NCBI GenBank assembly: GCA_000934665.2
Contig: JYFJ02000166.1
Span: 1-64,000 of the forward strand
Reading direction: 5' to 3'
Source: Catajapyx aquilonaris
Taxonomy: Eukaryota
DNA: 64,000 bases
In this document: piece by piece, positions 14,610 to 26,700 of the stretch
Layout of the letters: the number at the start of each line of letters is the position of its first letter
Position numbering within the stretch: position 1 is the first letter of the stretch
The notes under the pieces: model-generated
What the model was told of the DNA's origin: nothing
What the model saw: the letters and a program-made list of their open reading frames with translations, nothing else
The model's database searches: none
Made by a program: the position numbers and the translations under genes

Positions 14610-15045
14610 GAATCCAATTACAGTAGCCTCTGAGTACAGGAAGCAACATGAGCACCGCATAAAGTGAAATAAACATTATGAATGTTTTTTGAACAAAAAT
14701 ATCCAATTGTGACGTAATAATTTTTAACAAGCACTGGTTAACTGTTTTAATAACAAAGAGCCTGTTTTAAATGCCAGTTTTCAAATCAGCTGTTTTATTC
14801 AATCCGCGCGCCTAGTTGTGACGTCACTAAGCAGCTGGCTACCCTGACTATATCAGCATAATTTCATTTAACTCAATTAATTTTTTTAACATTCTTACAT
14901 AGTTTAATGAGAAAAATTACATGCATAATTTTAGTTAATTAACCATAGCAACCTGTGTGACAGTGTGCCAGATGTTGTTTGGAACGTCAGCTGTTCGAGC
15001 AGTGTTCGAATCAGTTCGAATGTCGTCGAGTTTGTTCTCAGAACA
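14610..15045. promoter_or_regulatory. Probable bidirectional promoter (PIGV and the leftward gene)
   Basis: Outward-facing TCAGTT initiators (15011-15016 on +, 14611-14606 on -), CRE TGACGTCA at 14819-14826 and the variant TGACGTAA near 14710. Confidence 0.5.
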
Positions 15046-16999
15046 ATGGCGGGTGCTTCGAACGTGGACGTCAAAAACGAGATCTCGTCCATGATGGCGA
15101 GCAGCTCCCGTTTGCGACGGAAGGTCCTTCTCTTCGCCAGCTTCACCCGACTTGCTGTACTGACAGCACAGGTTTGCATTAACTATAGTAGCACGGTGCA
15201 ATGTTCCACAAAAGTACTGTACTGAACAAGTGAATAATCCGCAGGCTTTGTTCAACCACACTGTTGAGGACCATGATGCTGATGCATTCAGGTCTCCTCG
15301 TGATCCGGATGAAATTGTGACGCCTGCGGACAAGTTCGTGGAGGGCCTGTTTGGCGGGATGGAACGTTGGGACGCACAGTATTTCATGCATGTGGCCAAG
15401 TATGGATACACCCATGAGAACACGCTGGCCTTTTTCCCCATGTTTCCGCTGCTCACGCATGTGCTGTCGTACATTCCAAGATTGTTTCTGAACGTGCACA
15501 GCTCTGTGCTTCTGTCCGCTGTGATTCTGAACCAGTTGTTGTTCGTTGGGTCGGCCCTGGCGTTGTTTGAGTTGGGCCAGGCTGTGCTGCTGGACGACAG
15601 AATTGCGTACAGGTTTGTGTTACTTGAGTTTATGCGGAACATATTCAACTGTTGCATGCATTTGCATTACAGGTCAGCCATACTGTACTGCATGAACCCA
15701 GCGTCTGTGTTCTTCTCAGCGCCATACTCCGAGAGCCTGTATGCATTCCTCACTTTCACCGGTATGCTGCTGAGTCATCGAGGATCCATGTGGAGCAGCG
15801 TTGTGTTTGGACTGTCCAGTGGCACCAGGTCCAACGGACTGATTAATGCTGGATACATCGCCTACCATGGGTTTATCTCCTCCGCGAACAGGACAATTTC
15901 AGACGTGTTGGCTGTCATGCTCCAGTTTGTCAACTGCTGGACTCCGTTCTTCCTCTACCAGCAGTATGCCTACCGACAGTTCTGCCGCATGCGGCCTGAC
16001 CCGGAGAAGCTCTTCCTTGCCAAATTCTGCACTGACAATGATTTTATGATGCGTGGAACTGTGCCATTTCCTGAGTGGTGCAATAAGCTGATACCGATTT
16101 CATACGGGCACATACAGAGCCACTACTGGGATGTTGGACTGCTCAGGTGTGATATTTTTGTGACAGTCTTTTGCTCTTTCCTAATAACTAACAATAAACT
16201 GGCAACTTTCTGATGCTCCTAGATCACACATCTTAGCAATAAAGTTGCCGCTTACTCCTATTGAGACTTTTGTTCCCTTCGCATAATTTTTGATGGTGAC
16301 TTACTGTATACAGTTCTGTAACGCACTGGACTAATTACAAACCATTTCACGTGTAACAGGTATTACGAATGGAAGCAGCTGCCTAATTTTGCTCTGGCCG
16401 CACCCATTTTCATCATCCTGGCTCCCTGCTTGGCATCTTTCATAAGGCGGAACCAGCGTCTATGCCTGACATTAGGTCTTAAGAGAGAGAAGTTCCCTAC
16501 CATTGACAGCAGGCTGCTGCCGTACATAATACATACCCTATGGATGCTGCTGGTCTGTTTGACCTACGTGCACATTCAGGTAGGATTTCCTTTAACATTT
16601 ATTCAATGTTCTGCTGCATCCTCACCTTCATATTTTGTGTGGACCTTTTTTTAAACAGGTAACCACAAGAATGCTGTGCTCAGCAACCCCTCTGCTGTAC
16701 TGGTTTGCAGCACAGATGGAAATCCCTAGTGTTCAAGAAGACTCGGATGATAAAGACAAGAAATATGCACTGGAAGTAAGACAACAACTTTTTCTCGGCA
16801 TATCTATAAAAAAACCAGACATTACAACACAACTGATTACTTTCAGGTGGATTCAGAGGAAAATCTGCAGAGTTCCTGGAAGGTGTTTGTGTTCACCGAG
16901 CGACCCTCATCACGAGCTGGAAGACTGATTCGTTTGTACTTTGTTTCGTACTTTTTCATTGGAACTGCAATGTTCTCTAATTTCTATCCATGGACTTGA
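15046..16999 (+). CDS. PIGV: GPI mannosyltransferase 2 (PIG-V), 6 coding exons, ~485 aa
   Basis: Exons 15046-15171, 15245-15612, 15673-16146, 16360-16579, 16659-16775, 16847-16999. All introns are GT-AG and the joined 1458 nt is open. PIG-V family motifs: RWDAQYF, ENTLAFFPMFP, NPASVFFSAPYSESLY, RSNG, IQSHYWDVGLLRYYEWKQLPNF, HIQVTTR, C-terminal NFYPWT*. Confidence 0.96.
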
Positions 17000-17832
17000 A
17001 CTTGTAAAGAAAAGTTATGTATAGGAATACAGTTTTATTATCTGGTTCAAAAGTACATAATGAACACTGTTTTAGCCATCACAGGTATACAGTTCCTTTT
17101 AAAAAAGCACTAATATAATACTCCTAAAACATGTAAATGGCAGAACTGTATGCCTTCATGATTACATAAATGCCCTCTTTAAATAGTGTCATTGAACAGT
17201 TCTTTGATGCAAAATCGCTATACCTGACTTCCTGAAAGACGGAACAGTCACAGTTTGTTTGAGGAAAAAACCCTCATAACAAACAACACACATGTTGATA
17301 GTTAGTTAAGACATTTGTGGCCATGATCACCGTTTTGAAGCAATTTCCATATAAAAATCAATCACAAAAATAGTAAAACAAAAAAGGAAATTACCACACT
17401 GTTCCATCCCAAACATGAAAAGTACAGAACATGATCACTTTATGCGAACCGAACTTGTGCGCTAGTCACGTCCAGCTGACACGTTTAAAATGGAATGGAG
17501 TGTGACAATGGCCAGACCGAAATATGTATACAAAAGCCAGTCGACCATGTTATCATCTAGTCAATAACAAGATTCATTGCAATTTCTGAGTGATAAGTTG
17601 AGCATGGCACTTGCTGTGTTTGCTTAGTCACTTACAAGGCATCCACAGGAAGAACTTTGAACAACCACACAATGTTTGCATCACTTTTCACATTCAGAAA
17701 TTGCAGAGCGCTTGTCACATCCAAGCTGCATCACCTGATCCACTGTGGTGAACTGAACCGTCACGACTGTTGCCTAAAGTGGCTGCAACCCTTGCTGGGA
17801 TGCTTTGTCCAGTTCATCTCTCGAGCCACAAT

Positions 17833-20800
17833 CTATGCGGCGGGCTTGGATCGAACCCCGAACACTTTACTGTTCCGCAACAAGTCCATCCTCTCGTATG
17901 CATACTGCAGTCTCGAGGCCAGGTCTTGACTGCACCCGTTTTCCTTGATGAGACTGAATCTGTAGGTTCGCACATTCTTGGCCCCATCTATGTAAGTTAC
18001 TGCACCCATCAGAGGGCAGAGGATGATCTTGGTGTGATCCCTAAAGAAGTTGACCTGCATGGTCCCATTGGTGAGGTGCATGACAACTGCACGGCTGGTA
18101 CGGAACCAGGTGCGCAGGAAGGGCATACGGGAGATCTCATCTCCATCGCGAGGTTGTATGGAGCCTCCAGCCTTCAGGAGGTGCTCAGTCATGTACCTCT
18201 GGAAGTAGTTGAGCAGGCGTACTTTCTTGTCCAGGGACGAAGGGTAGTGGTCCAGTGCGTGGAAGTTCTCAGAGTTGTCACGCTCAATGTACTGCAAGTC
18301 TCTGTGAAAAAAGAGTAAGGACAATCTCTTTGAATACAAGGATAACTCAAAGAAGACGCTAGTACATGTTAAGTAACTGTACAAGTAACTGATGCTCGAA
18401 ATTTGTTTCTGTCACAACACTACCTCGCAAATTTTGAAAAGAAAAAAACCTCGTCTCAAACTTAAAAGACTATTGAGCGTAACACAACAATGCTAAAACC
18501 ACTCACTTTCCGTTGCTGAGGAGCAGAAGCTTGGTGAGATCATTGAAGATGACCCCGATGGAGTCATCACACAGCTGGTAGCCAAATCCGTACTTGTCCG
18601 AGTAGTCGACCCACTTGCTCACCCACACAACCGGTACAGCAGCAGGATCCTCAGCCTCATCTAGAAATTCAGTTGTATTAGGAACATGCCCAACAAATAT
18701 GAAATGGTGCTACTCTCCACACATTCCTCGTCATCTCAATATTACTGGGCCAGTGGTGAGCCTACTACTTGCAAATGGGAACCAACACTGAACTCGGTTT
18801 GTCACAGAAACAAGTCCACCAGGCTTGATGGGTCCCTTACCCGAGATATATGAGAATAGGCCACAAGTCACAAACAAGTGGACAGCATCCGACAGACAAT
18901 ATTGTAAAAGCTTTGCACCAAAACTGTATAAGCGGAAGCTACTGAATTATCATTGGGGTAATACAGTACAGAATTGGTGCAGCGCTATCATTCAAGGCAT
19001 ACGACACTTTTTGCCAACTGTTCTGTACCTTCCATGATGATTTCTTTCTCTGATGGCTTGGCAGCAAGCAATGATGACAGCTGCTGAGCCAGATCTCCCA
19101 GATAGTAGTCAGTGGCCTCCTTGGTCACTCCTGGGTTGCTGCTAGGCTTGATTGGGGACCCCCTGTAGGGCTGGGGCGGCCCTGGACCCACGGCTGGTTC
19201 TGGAGCATTCACCGCGACTTTCTTCATTATGACATTCCCATCCGATTCAGCTGCAAATGAGTACCAAGTTTATAACAACCGACGGGGGAAATGGAAATGA
19301 ACAGCCAGCAACAATGCTTTGGCTGCACAGCTAGTAGCAACTCACTCATGCAGGAAATGCCAAAAGCAGCAGCTATAATATCATTCAATGTTGTTCAATG
19401 CTCAGTGCCAATGTTGCAACGGTGTGTCAAGGCATAACTTTTGGCAATTATTAGCTTGATAGAAATTAATCCGTGTTTGTGTATTTGAAATGCGAAAGAC
19501 AGTTAACTACAAAATATTTACTGCTTCAAAGTACCAATGCCATTCCCCATTTTGTATTCACTGCACACTGCAGATATCCATACCCATGGCGTTGATCTCG
19601 AGCAGTGGCTTCCTGGGAGCAACGTTGACCACCCGGGAGTCAAACCTCGGTGCTATAGTAAGGCAGGAGACAGGCAGCCTCGGAGGGCAGTAGCCCAGAC
19701 TGAGGAATTCGTCTGCAAGGGCCTCTGTCACAGTTGGCCGCTTGCTGGGATCAGGCTGGAGCAGGCGGTTGATGAAGGAGCGGGCCAGTCCCCCGACGCG
19801 AGATGGGATGTGGTACTCATTCTTCTTGATGCGCATGTACGTCTCCTTCAGGGTCTGGGTCTCAAAGGGAGGCTTCCCCACCAGAAGGGTGTACAAGATG
19901 CAGCCCACTGACCACATGTCCACCTCAAAGCTGTGCCCCTTCTTGCCGAGGACCTCGGGGGCAATGTAGTTGGGAGTGCCACACAGGGTGCTGTTCACAT
20001 ATAAAAGTGATGCTCAAAATAATATCCAATGATATTCAAAAATTTAATACAAGCCACCTAACAGCAAGATTATATCCTACATATGAACTAGTAAGCATAA
20101 ATCATCCTAAACCGGCAAGAATTTCGGTAGTTGTCGGTCGTTTACCACAAAACATGACTGTGCATTTGCTACTACTCAAGCAGTAATAGCATCTGTTGCT
20201 TCCCTGTTTGATCAGTGCGCGCAAATATTACTTTATTGTGCCATTAAATAAACATGATCTGCTATCAGTAAATGACCTTCCTTGCAAGTCAACTTGGATA
20301 TGCTTAACCCTGAGCCCAGCATTATCTGATAACTGCAACTCACGGACAACTCAGAAAACGTAGCAATGATTACAAGTTACAGCCACATACACTCTTCTTT
20401 CGCGTTTAAAATGACTTCACTTTTGCTATCACTGTCATGATGCCTTGATTATAAATGGGCCCTTGCAGACGGGCCAAGCTTGGCCGCGGCCCTGGCCAAT
20501 TTCCAGGAAGTTGGCCAACCTTGTAAGCCGTGGCTTGCCAGGTGTGAACCGTGGCGGCCTCGACCAGCCGCGGCCAGCCACGGCTAAGCTTGGCCCGTCT
20601 GCAAGGGCCCAATGACAATGGTGACAACATTATTACCTTAGCTCTTAGCAGAATCATAGTTCAAGAGACTAATGGCTAAAAAATTATGGATATGAATGTT
20701 GCAAATCATGATCATGCTCAATGGCATCACAAAATCTGAGACACTTTTAAAAAATTTAAATGGTAGGGACTAACCGCTTCCTTTCGCCATCATAATCTAT

Positions 20801-22730
20801 CCGGGTTGCCAGACCGAAGTCTCCCAGCTTGAGCTCAAGTTCGTCATTCAGGAACAGATTGCCAAGCTTCAGATCACGATGGATGATCTTGTTATCATGC
20901 AGGAACTTCACCGCCATCAGAAGCTGCTTCAGGAAGTACCGAGTCTCTGGCTCAGTGAATGCCTTGCGTCTCTTGTGCATCTCCATGAGAGACTGCAATG
21001 TAAGGAAGGGTCAAGATCAGGTCAGTCCATTAGACCGGAGCAAACTCTGCTACTCCCTACCCGCCGCCTGCACAGTTCCAGCACAATGTAGACGTTATCT
21101 TCGTCCTCAAAGAACCCGTTGAATCCAACAATGTGAATATTGTCTATCTCACGGTGAATGGATATCTCCTGGGCCATCTTGTCCTTCTGGTGTTGCTTAA
21201 CCAGCAACTGCTTTGAGACGATCTTGCCGGCATAAATCTTCTCCGTGCCCACTTCTGTCAGCTCATAGCACTTGGCAAACCCACCCTGCAAAATTAAAAT
21301 GCCAGCTGAGTTCAACAATTGATGTTAACATGTATTAAGATGTTGACAGCATTACCACATTAAAACAATCAATATATTCATGTACTCTTAATTTTTAAAA
21401 GTCCAACATCACCATTGTTGTCAATCCAAAGTGACAGAAAAAATAGTACCAAAGATGATGGCATTTTTACATTGTAAAAATTGGGAGGCAAATTCTGTCC
21501 AACATAATCACAGGCTGATTTTGGCCCAAAATATTTTTTCCCCCTGCAATGTACATCATGCAACAAAAGCAATAAAAATTTTGATACCAGGCTTTTTTGC
21601 AAGCCAGTGTTATTCATGATTGCTCTGTTGATGACTTGATTGTAGAGGAAAACAGGGGAGCACAAAAAATCCCAGCCAACACTCTTTCCACAGCAGAAAA
21701 TCCTGTACTACATAAGCTCTCTCTCAAAAAAATCTAGACTATTACGCATGGAAGCGTAACTCAAATATCATATTAATATTTTTTGAGCATTACAGGCCTA
21801 CTACTGAACCCGGGGATCGAACCCAGATCTTCAGGTGTGAAAAACTTTGGACCACCATGCTTTAGGTGTGCACTGTTTGACTCAAACAGCCACTGTGTTA
21901 TTAATATTTTAAATTCATGATTACTCAAGCTTCCTATTTAAAACCCTCCATAAAAAATGCAGCATACACTGCACATATAAAAGCATGTTATGACATATTT
22001 TAACAAATTATTAAGCATTTTTATGTGGAGTGTAGAAGAGTCCAGTGCACTTTTTGTAGCATCTAGCTACAGCTGGTAATATGCCAGAAATTTTATAAGA
22101 AACCAGTAAATTTCCAACAGGCCGACATTTAAAAAATATATATAGTTGTCCAATCACATTTCCGTAACGGGCCGTTATTGACCAAGCATGTTAACCTCAC
22201 AAATGCAGCCATTTATTCTGGATAAACATTCGACATAATCCATTTTTAACCCACTACTTCAACAGTCATGAATCAATACCTCGGTGATATGTAAGCCCAT
22301 TTTCAGATTATTTCCTATTGTACCAGTTCATAAGAAATGGTTCATGACTACCACCGGATGAGTCCAGTCTGAATAATGTATGATGACTCAATGCATTACA
22401 AGGTTAAATACCCAATCACAATAATGACAAATATTTCAACAAATTTAAAATATCGCTTAACATGTAACATTTATGCCCAATCCACGTCCCCCAAATTTTT
22501 TTTTTTAACGATCCGAAACGACCGTTATGAAAATCCAGATTCATGTAAATTTAAATGCCTTCCTTCCCAAGATGGCAGTGGGGAAGTGGTGGGTTAATAA
22601 TATTTAAAAAATGGTTTAAACTGACCTTTCCGAGGAACCTTCCCCTCCTGTACCTCTTCCGACTGGTAGGATCCACCAAATATTCGGGTATCTCCTTCGC
22701 CTTCAGCTCATCCTTGCTCTTCGTTGCCAT
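17833..22730 (-). CDS. polo: Serine/threonine kinase polo / PLK1, 7 coding exons, ~599 aa
   Basis: Exons in transcription order: 22730-22626, 21285-21061, 20992-20775, 19990-19584, 19250-19029, 18660-18507, 18301-17833. All introns are GT-AG and the joined 1800 nt is open. Kinase motifs [35 protein letters not shown]; linker D-box RKPLLEIN; polo boxes [18 protein letters not shown] and DHTK. Confidence 0.98.
20457..20610. mobile_element. PIF/Harbinger (Tourist-like) MITE in polo intron 3
   Basis: 30-bp TIR gggcccttgcagacgggccaagctt(g/a)gccg with one mismatch; 3-bp TSD AAT on both sides (20454-20456, 20611-20613). Confidence 0.85.
21805..21860 (-). mobile_element. Degenerate tRNA-derived SINE fragment in polo intron 1
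   Basis: Minus strand reads ctgggttcgatccccggg (B-box/T-arm); no complete cloverleaf. Confidence 0.4.
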
Positions 22731-23702
22731 CTCGATCAAACCGCCAAGTAAAATAAATTATTTTTTAAAAAAAAGAAGAAGTAATCGAGGCAAATAGAAG
22801 GAAGGGGGGCGAGAGATCCCGAGGAGGTCCGTGATCCCCTTAGTGAAGAAGGAAAAGGGCCTCTTTCCTTCCGTCTCCACTTTTACCGGCTTTTTGAAGG
22901 CCCAACCGACAAAACTAACTAGGGGAGACCCGATCCAGGGAAACGGGTGTTGATTCGTCGGGAAGGAAAGCACCTGGCCACACTGCCACGTCTCCGGGAT
23001 TGGCTGCCTTGATTTCAAATGTGTGGCCTGTGATTGGCTGGATGGGGGAGGGCGGGGACTGCCACGGTTTACATGTGGCAGGCTGGGTGCAAAGGACCAA
23101 TCGTTGCGATTGACGCATGCGTATTTGGTGGATGGTTGGAGCATGTAAATTGAGAGGTGCAGGGGGTGCATTTTGAAGCAAGTTTTTATGCAAATTAGTT
23201 GTAATTAATGCTGTACACTACTGCAATGTTCAATTGCTAGACCGTACGTCGTGGTACATGCAAGCCATGCTAGCTGCAAATGTAAATATGTAAATCAAAA
23301 CAGTGATTAAAACAGTGATCAAAATGCTGTGCGGCACGGATGTAAATGCAGTTTAACTTAATTAATACATATGTGCGCTATGGATATATTAAAAATAATT
23401 TGTGCTTTTACGCCCCTTCATTTTGTTAACTAACACAAATTAACAATTTAATCGATAGGGCGCCATTTTTGATTGGGTCAATCGAATATTTTGTGCCGCC
23501 ATGTTTGTTCATGCTTTTGAATGACATCATTGTTCGAATTTAAACCGGGTCTAATATTCGTTCTAAATTAATCCGATGGCTCCGACTTCTTAATTACGGA
23601 GTCCGGATTGGAGCTGGGTTATTAAAAAGTGCGAATTTGATAGTTCCACGTGACCCGATCCATCTCTACTACTCCGGCTGCAGAGGCTAGGAAAAATTAA
23701 AG
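22731..23702. promoter_or_regulatory. Head-to-head polo/PINX1 promoter and 5' UTRs
   Basis: 972 bp between divergent ATGs. Polo side: CCAAT boxes (ATTGG at 22999 and 23033) flanking a CHR-like TTTGAA (minus strand, 23019-23014). PINX1 side: YY1-type CGCCATNTT at 23461 and ~23496, and AAGATGGCG over the start codon. Confidence 0.65.
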
Positions 23703-26700
23703 ATGGCGTCTGTTCCATTGGCGGAGACTCGTCGTCGGAGGCAGAAGTGGACTCTGAACCCGAGGGGAGCGGTGTGGCTCACAGGTATACACGCCGGGTT
23801 GGAACAGGGAGACGAGAGGGAAGGACCTGCGGGGGCAAAGAGAGTCGAAAGGAATGGTTTCGGGGAGACCGAATGGAAGTGTGGTGGGCAGGGGTGCAGG
23901 GGAGGGAGATGGAACAGAAATGGAAGAAGGGGGGGTTAATTATTGATAGTTATGTAAACTGTGAGGGGAAGGAGTTATGGATATTGAGGTAACAATTTCC
24001 ACCTTGAATGTGCTTATCGCCATTTCGATTTTATGTTATGCAGTAGAACTCCGATCATCTAACCTCGGATTTATCCAACTCCTCTGCCTATCCGACCGTC
24101 CCACTCCGGAAATATAACTATTTTTCTCATCAAATACTGTAATGTACTACCTATTTGTTTCGCATTGCTTGAGTGTGAAGTACAGCTACAGTGTCTGTAT
24201 GTATTCATGTCATTATTTTCATTATCATCCTATCCATTGTATCCTTTGCGTGGCCTGACCAGTCACCAGAGGATTCATTATACTGGTCGTACGAGATGGC
24301 CAGGTGGATTGTACAGTGTTGGACATTAATCGAGGCATGCTGCTCTCGACATTTTCTGAAGGATAGTGCAATCCGGGCGAGCAAGATTCCTTCTTCTGCC
24401 GCTTCGGAAAATGTCGCTAGCAGCATACCTCGATTAATGTCCAACACTATACAATCCACCTGGCCATCTCGTACGACCGCTATAATTAATCCTCTGGTGA
24501 CTGGGAATATGCTGTGAGTGACAAAAGTTACAGTAGAGTGTGTAAAAGATAAATGCTTCACTATTTCTTACGAAACCATAATATTGTATGTTCATGTTTT
24601 CATGCGTTTTTTTGTTGTGGTTCATTCAAGTTTTCTTAGCTCCTCGTATTAGACAACCTTTTTTGTGTTCCGACCATGCTCCGGTCCTATGGGTAACTCA
24701 TAAATAGAGTCCTGATTTTTAGGCACGAAAAAACCCTGAAATTGGCACGAAAGAACCTCGAATGGGCACAAAAAGTTAACTTTTTTGGACATGTGGAGGA
24801 TAATGTTACAGAAAATAAAAGAGCCAGAATAATTTTATATGCCTAAGGTATATAAATATAAGGTCACAAACCAGAGCAAAAATCGAATAACACCGATAAA
24901 CTGACAGAAAATCACAAAACTTGGGCAAAAGACACAAAGTGCAAACAAGCATCACTTGCTCTGGACTCGTACGCTTATAGCCAATTTCCACTTGAACCAT
25001 ACTTGCACAATATGTTGTCAAATATTTAGCATACATGTCACGGAAACATGATTCGTATTCCTTCTGAACGATGTTGGTCCTTTCAGGGGCACAAAATAAT
25101 ACTCCTCAAAAAACCAACAATGAAATATGCCTCAGAGGGAATAGGCCTGGAATAGGCCTGGAATAGGCCAAAAAAGTTCAGAAATTACTGCAAAAAGTTC
25201 AAAAACTATCCCAAAAAAGGCCAAATAGGCATGAAAAGTCGCAAAAAGGCAGAATGGGCAAAATAGTTCCCAAAACCACGAAATATGCCATTTTAGGCAC
25301 TATAAAACCTACCTTTTCCACATCCTGCACTTATGAAACGGATAGATCTCTTCACAGAACCATCCCAACTGTTAAGGAACTAAATAGGCATTTGCCTAAA
25401 AATCCGGACTCTACTGATAAACGACGTTCTACTGTATTAGTTATATTATCGAGATGGTGTTGCATACCCTACCTTTGGAACAATGCCATGAAGAAATGAA
25501 TGACTGAGAGTTATATTCTGTTATGTTAGTTACATTGTTGTTATATTAAGTTACGTTATGTTTCCAGTTGAAAAGTAGCCTTACAGCCTTAGCTGACTAC
25601 CAACTATTGGCCTCTACTTGTTTCTATCGGAATGTAGGAAAATGAGTTATGAGCGTAAAATCTACCGTTACAATGAGTCCATTTTGATCGGAAAGGGTAT
25701 AAATTTTGTGTGATTTTTAATACAAACTTGTGGTTTTTAGTGTCAAAAGAATGATAGAGCTGCAAATATTTTCATGAATCGTTTGTTTCAGATACTAATG
25801 GCGTGGGTCAGCGAATGCTGCAGAACATGGGGTGGAAGCCTGGGCAGGGGTTGGGTTCGAAAAATCAGGGGATGACAGAGTCTCTACGTGTTACTACAAA
25901 AAATGACAACAAGGGTGAGGGAGCACCAAAGACAAGGATCTGATATCTGATGATTGCAAAATGTGGTGGAGTATACTAAAGGGAAGTTTTCTTGTAGGGG
26001 TAGGCTACTCTGGAAATAATAACGATGGCTGGCACCAGCAAGAATTCAACTCACTGTTGCGACAACTCAATAAAGACAACGGAGGGCCAGAAAAGCCAGG
26101 GGACAAACCTGAGAGGTTGGAGGAAAGGGCCAGGAAGTCTCGGGCTCGTGTTAAGTGAGTGTTACAAATGTAGAAGTGTCTTACAATGTATGAATATAGA
26201 AGGCATGTTTTTATAAATTAACCTTACTGGTTATAAATGTAAGTCATGTACAGCATATATCAGTATCTCTCAATTATTTGGACCATTAAAAGGAGTTCAA
26301 TGAAAGCGTTTATGGTGATTAATCTGTTTAATCATACATGCTGCAAGGTCATTGCCGGTCAAAGCATTTGCATTCATTTTATTATTCTATTGCAAGAGAA
26401 GCACACTCGATGCAGTAATCCCTGTGGTTACCTACCAATCATTTCAGTACTGTCGAAGTAAAAACAGTGTGTAGAGAGGAGAAAATTGCCTTGATGCAAA
26501 ATACTATTACAAATGATTGGATTGTAATTTTTACAATTTTTGTACTGCAGGGGGTGAGAGGTTCAATTGAGGCTTTGATGAATATTTCCCAAGTCATTTC
26601 AGTCTCTCAGCCTTTGCACCATAATTACCATTGCCACCAATATATTTAAAACCCATGCATGAGGTATAGTTAGTCTCGCTAAGTATTATGAAAAATATAC

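Larger units (their letters stand above)
24041..25434. mobile_element. pogo/Tigger-like non-autonomous element (outer host element) in PINX1 intron 1
   Basis: Left end cagtagaactccgatcatc; right end gataaacgacgttctactg followed by TA. The left flank is TG (mutated TA). Interrupted by two nested inserts. Confidence 0.7.

Noticed and set aside
14935..15657. 240-aa minus-strand ORF
   Set aside because: Antisense shadow of PIGV exons 1-2.
17770..18318. 182-aa plus-strand ORF
   Set aside because: Antisense shadow of the last polo exon.
25137..25170. ggaataggcct repeated about three times
   Set aside because: No spacers; these are subterminal repeats of the hAT-like element, not a CRISPR array.
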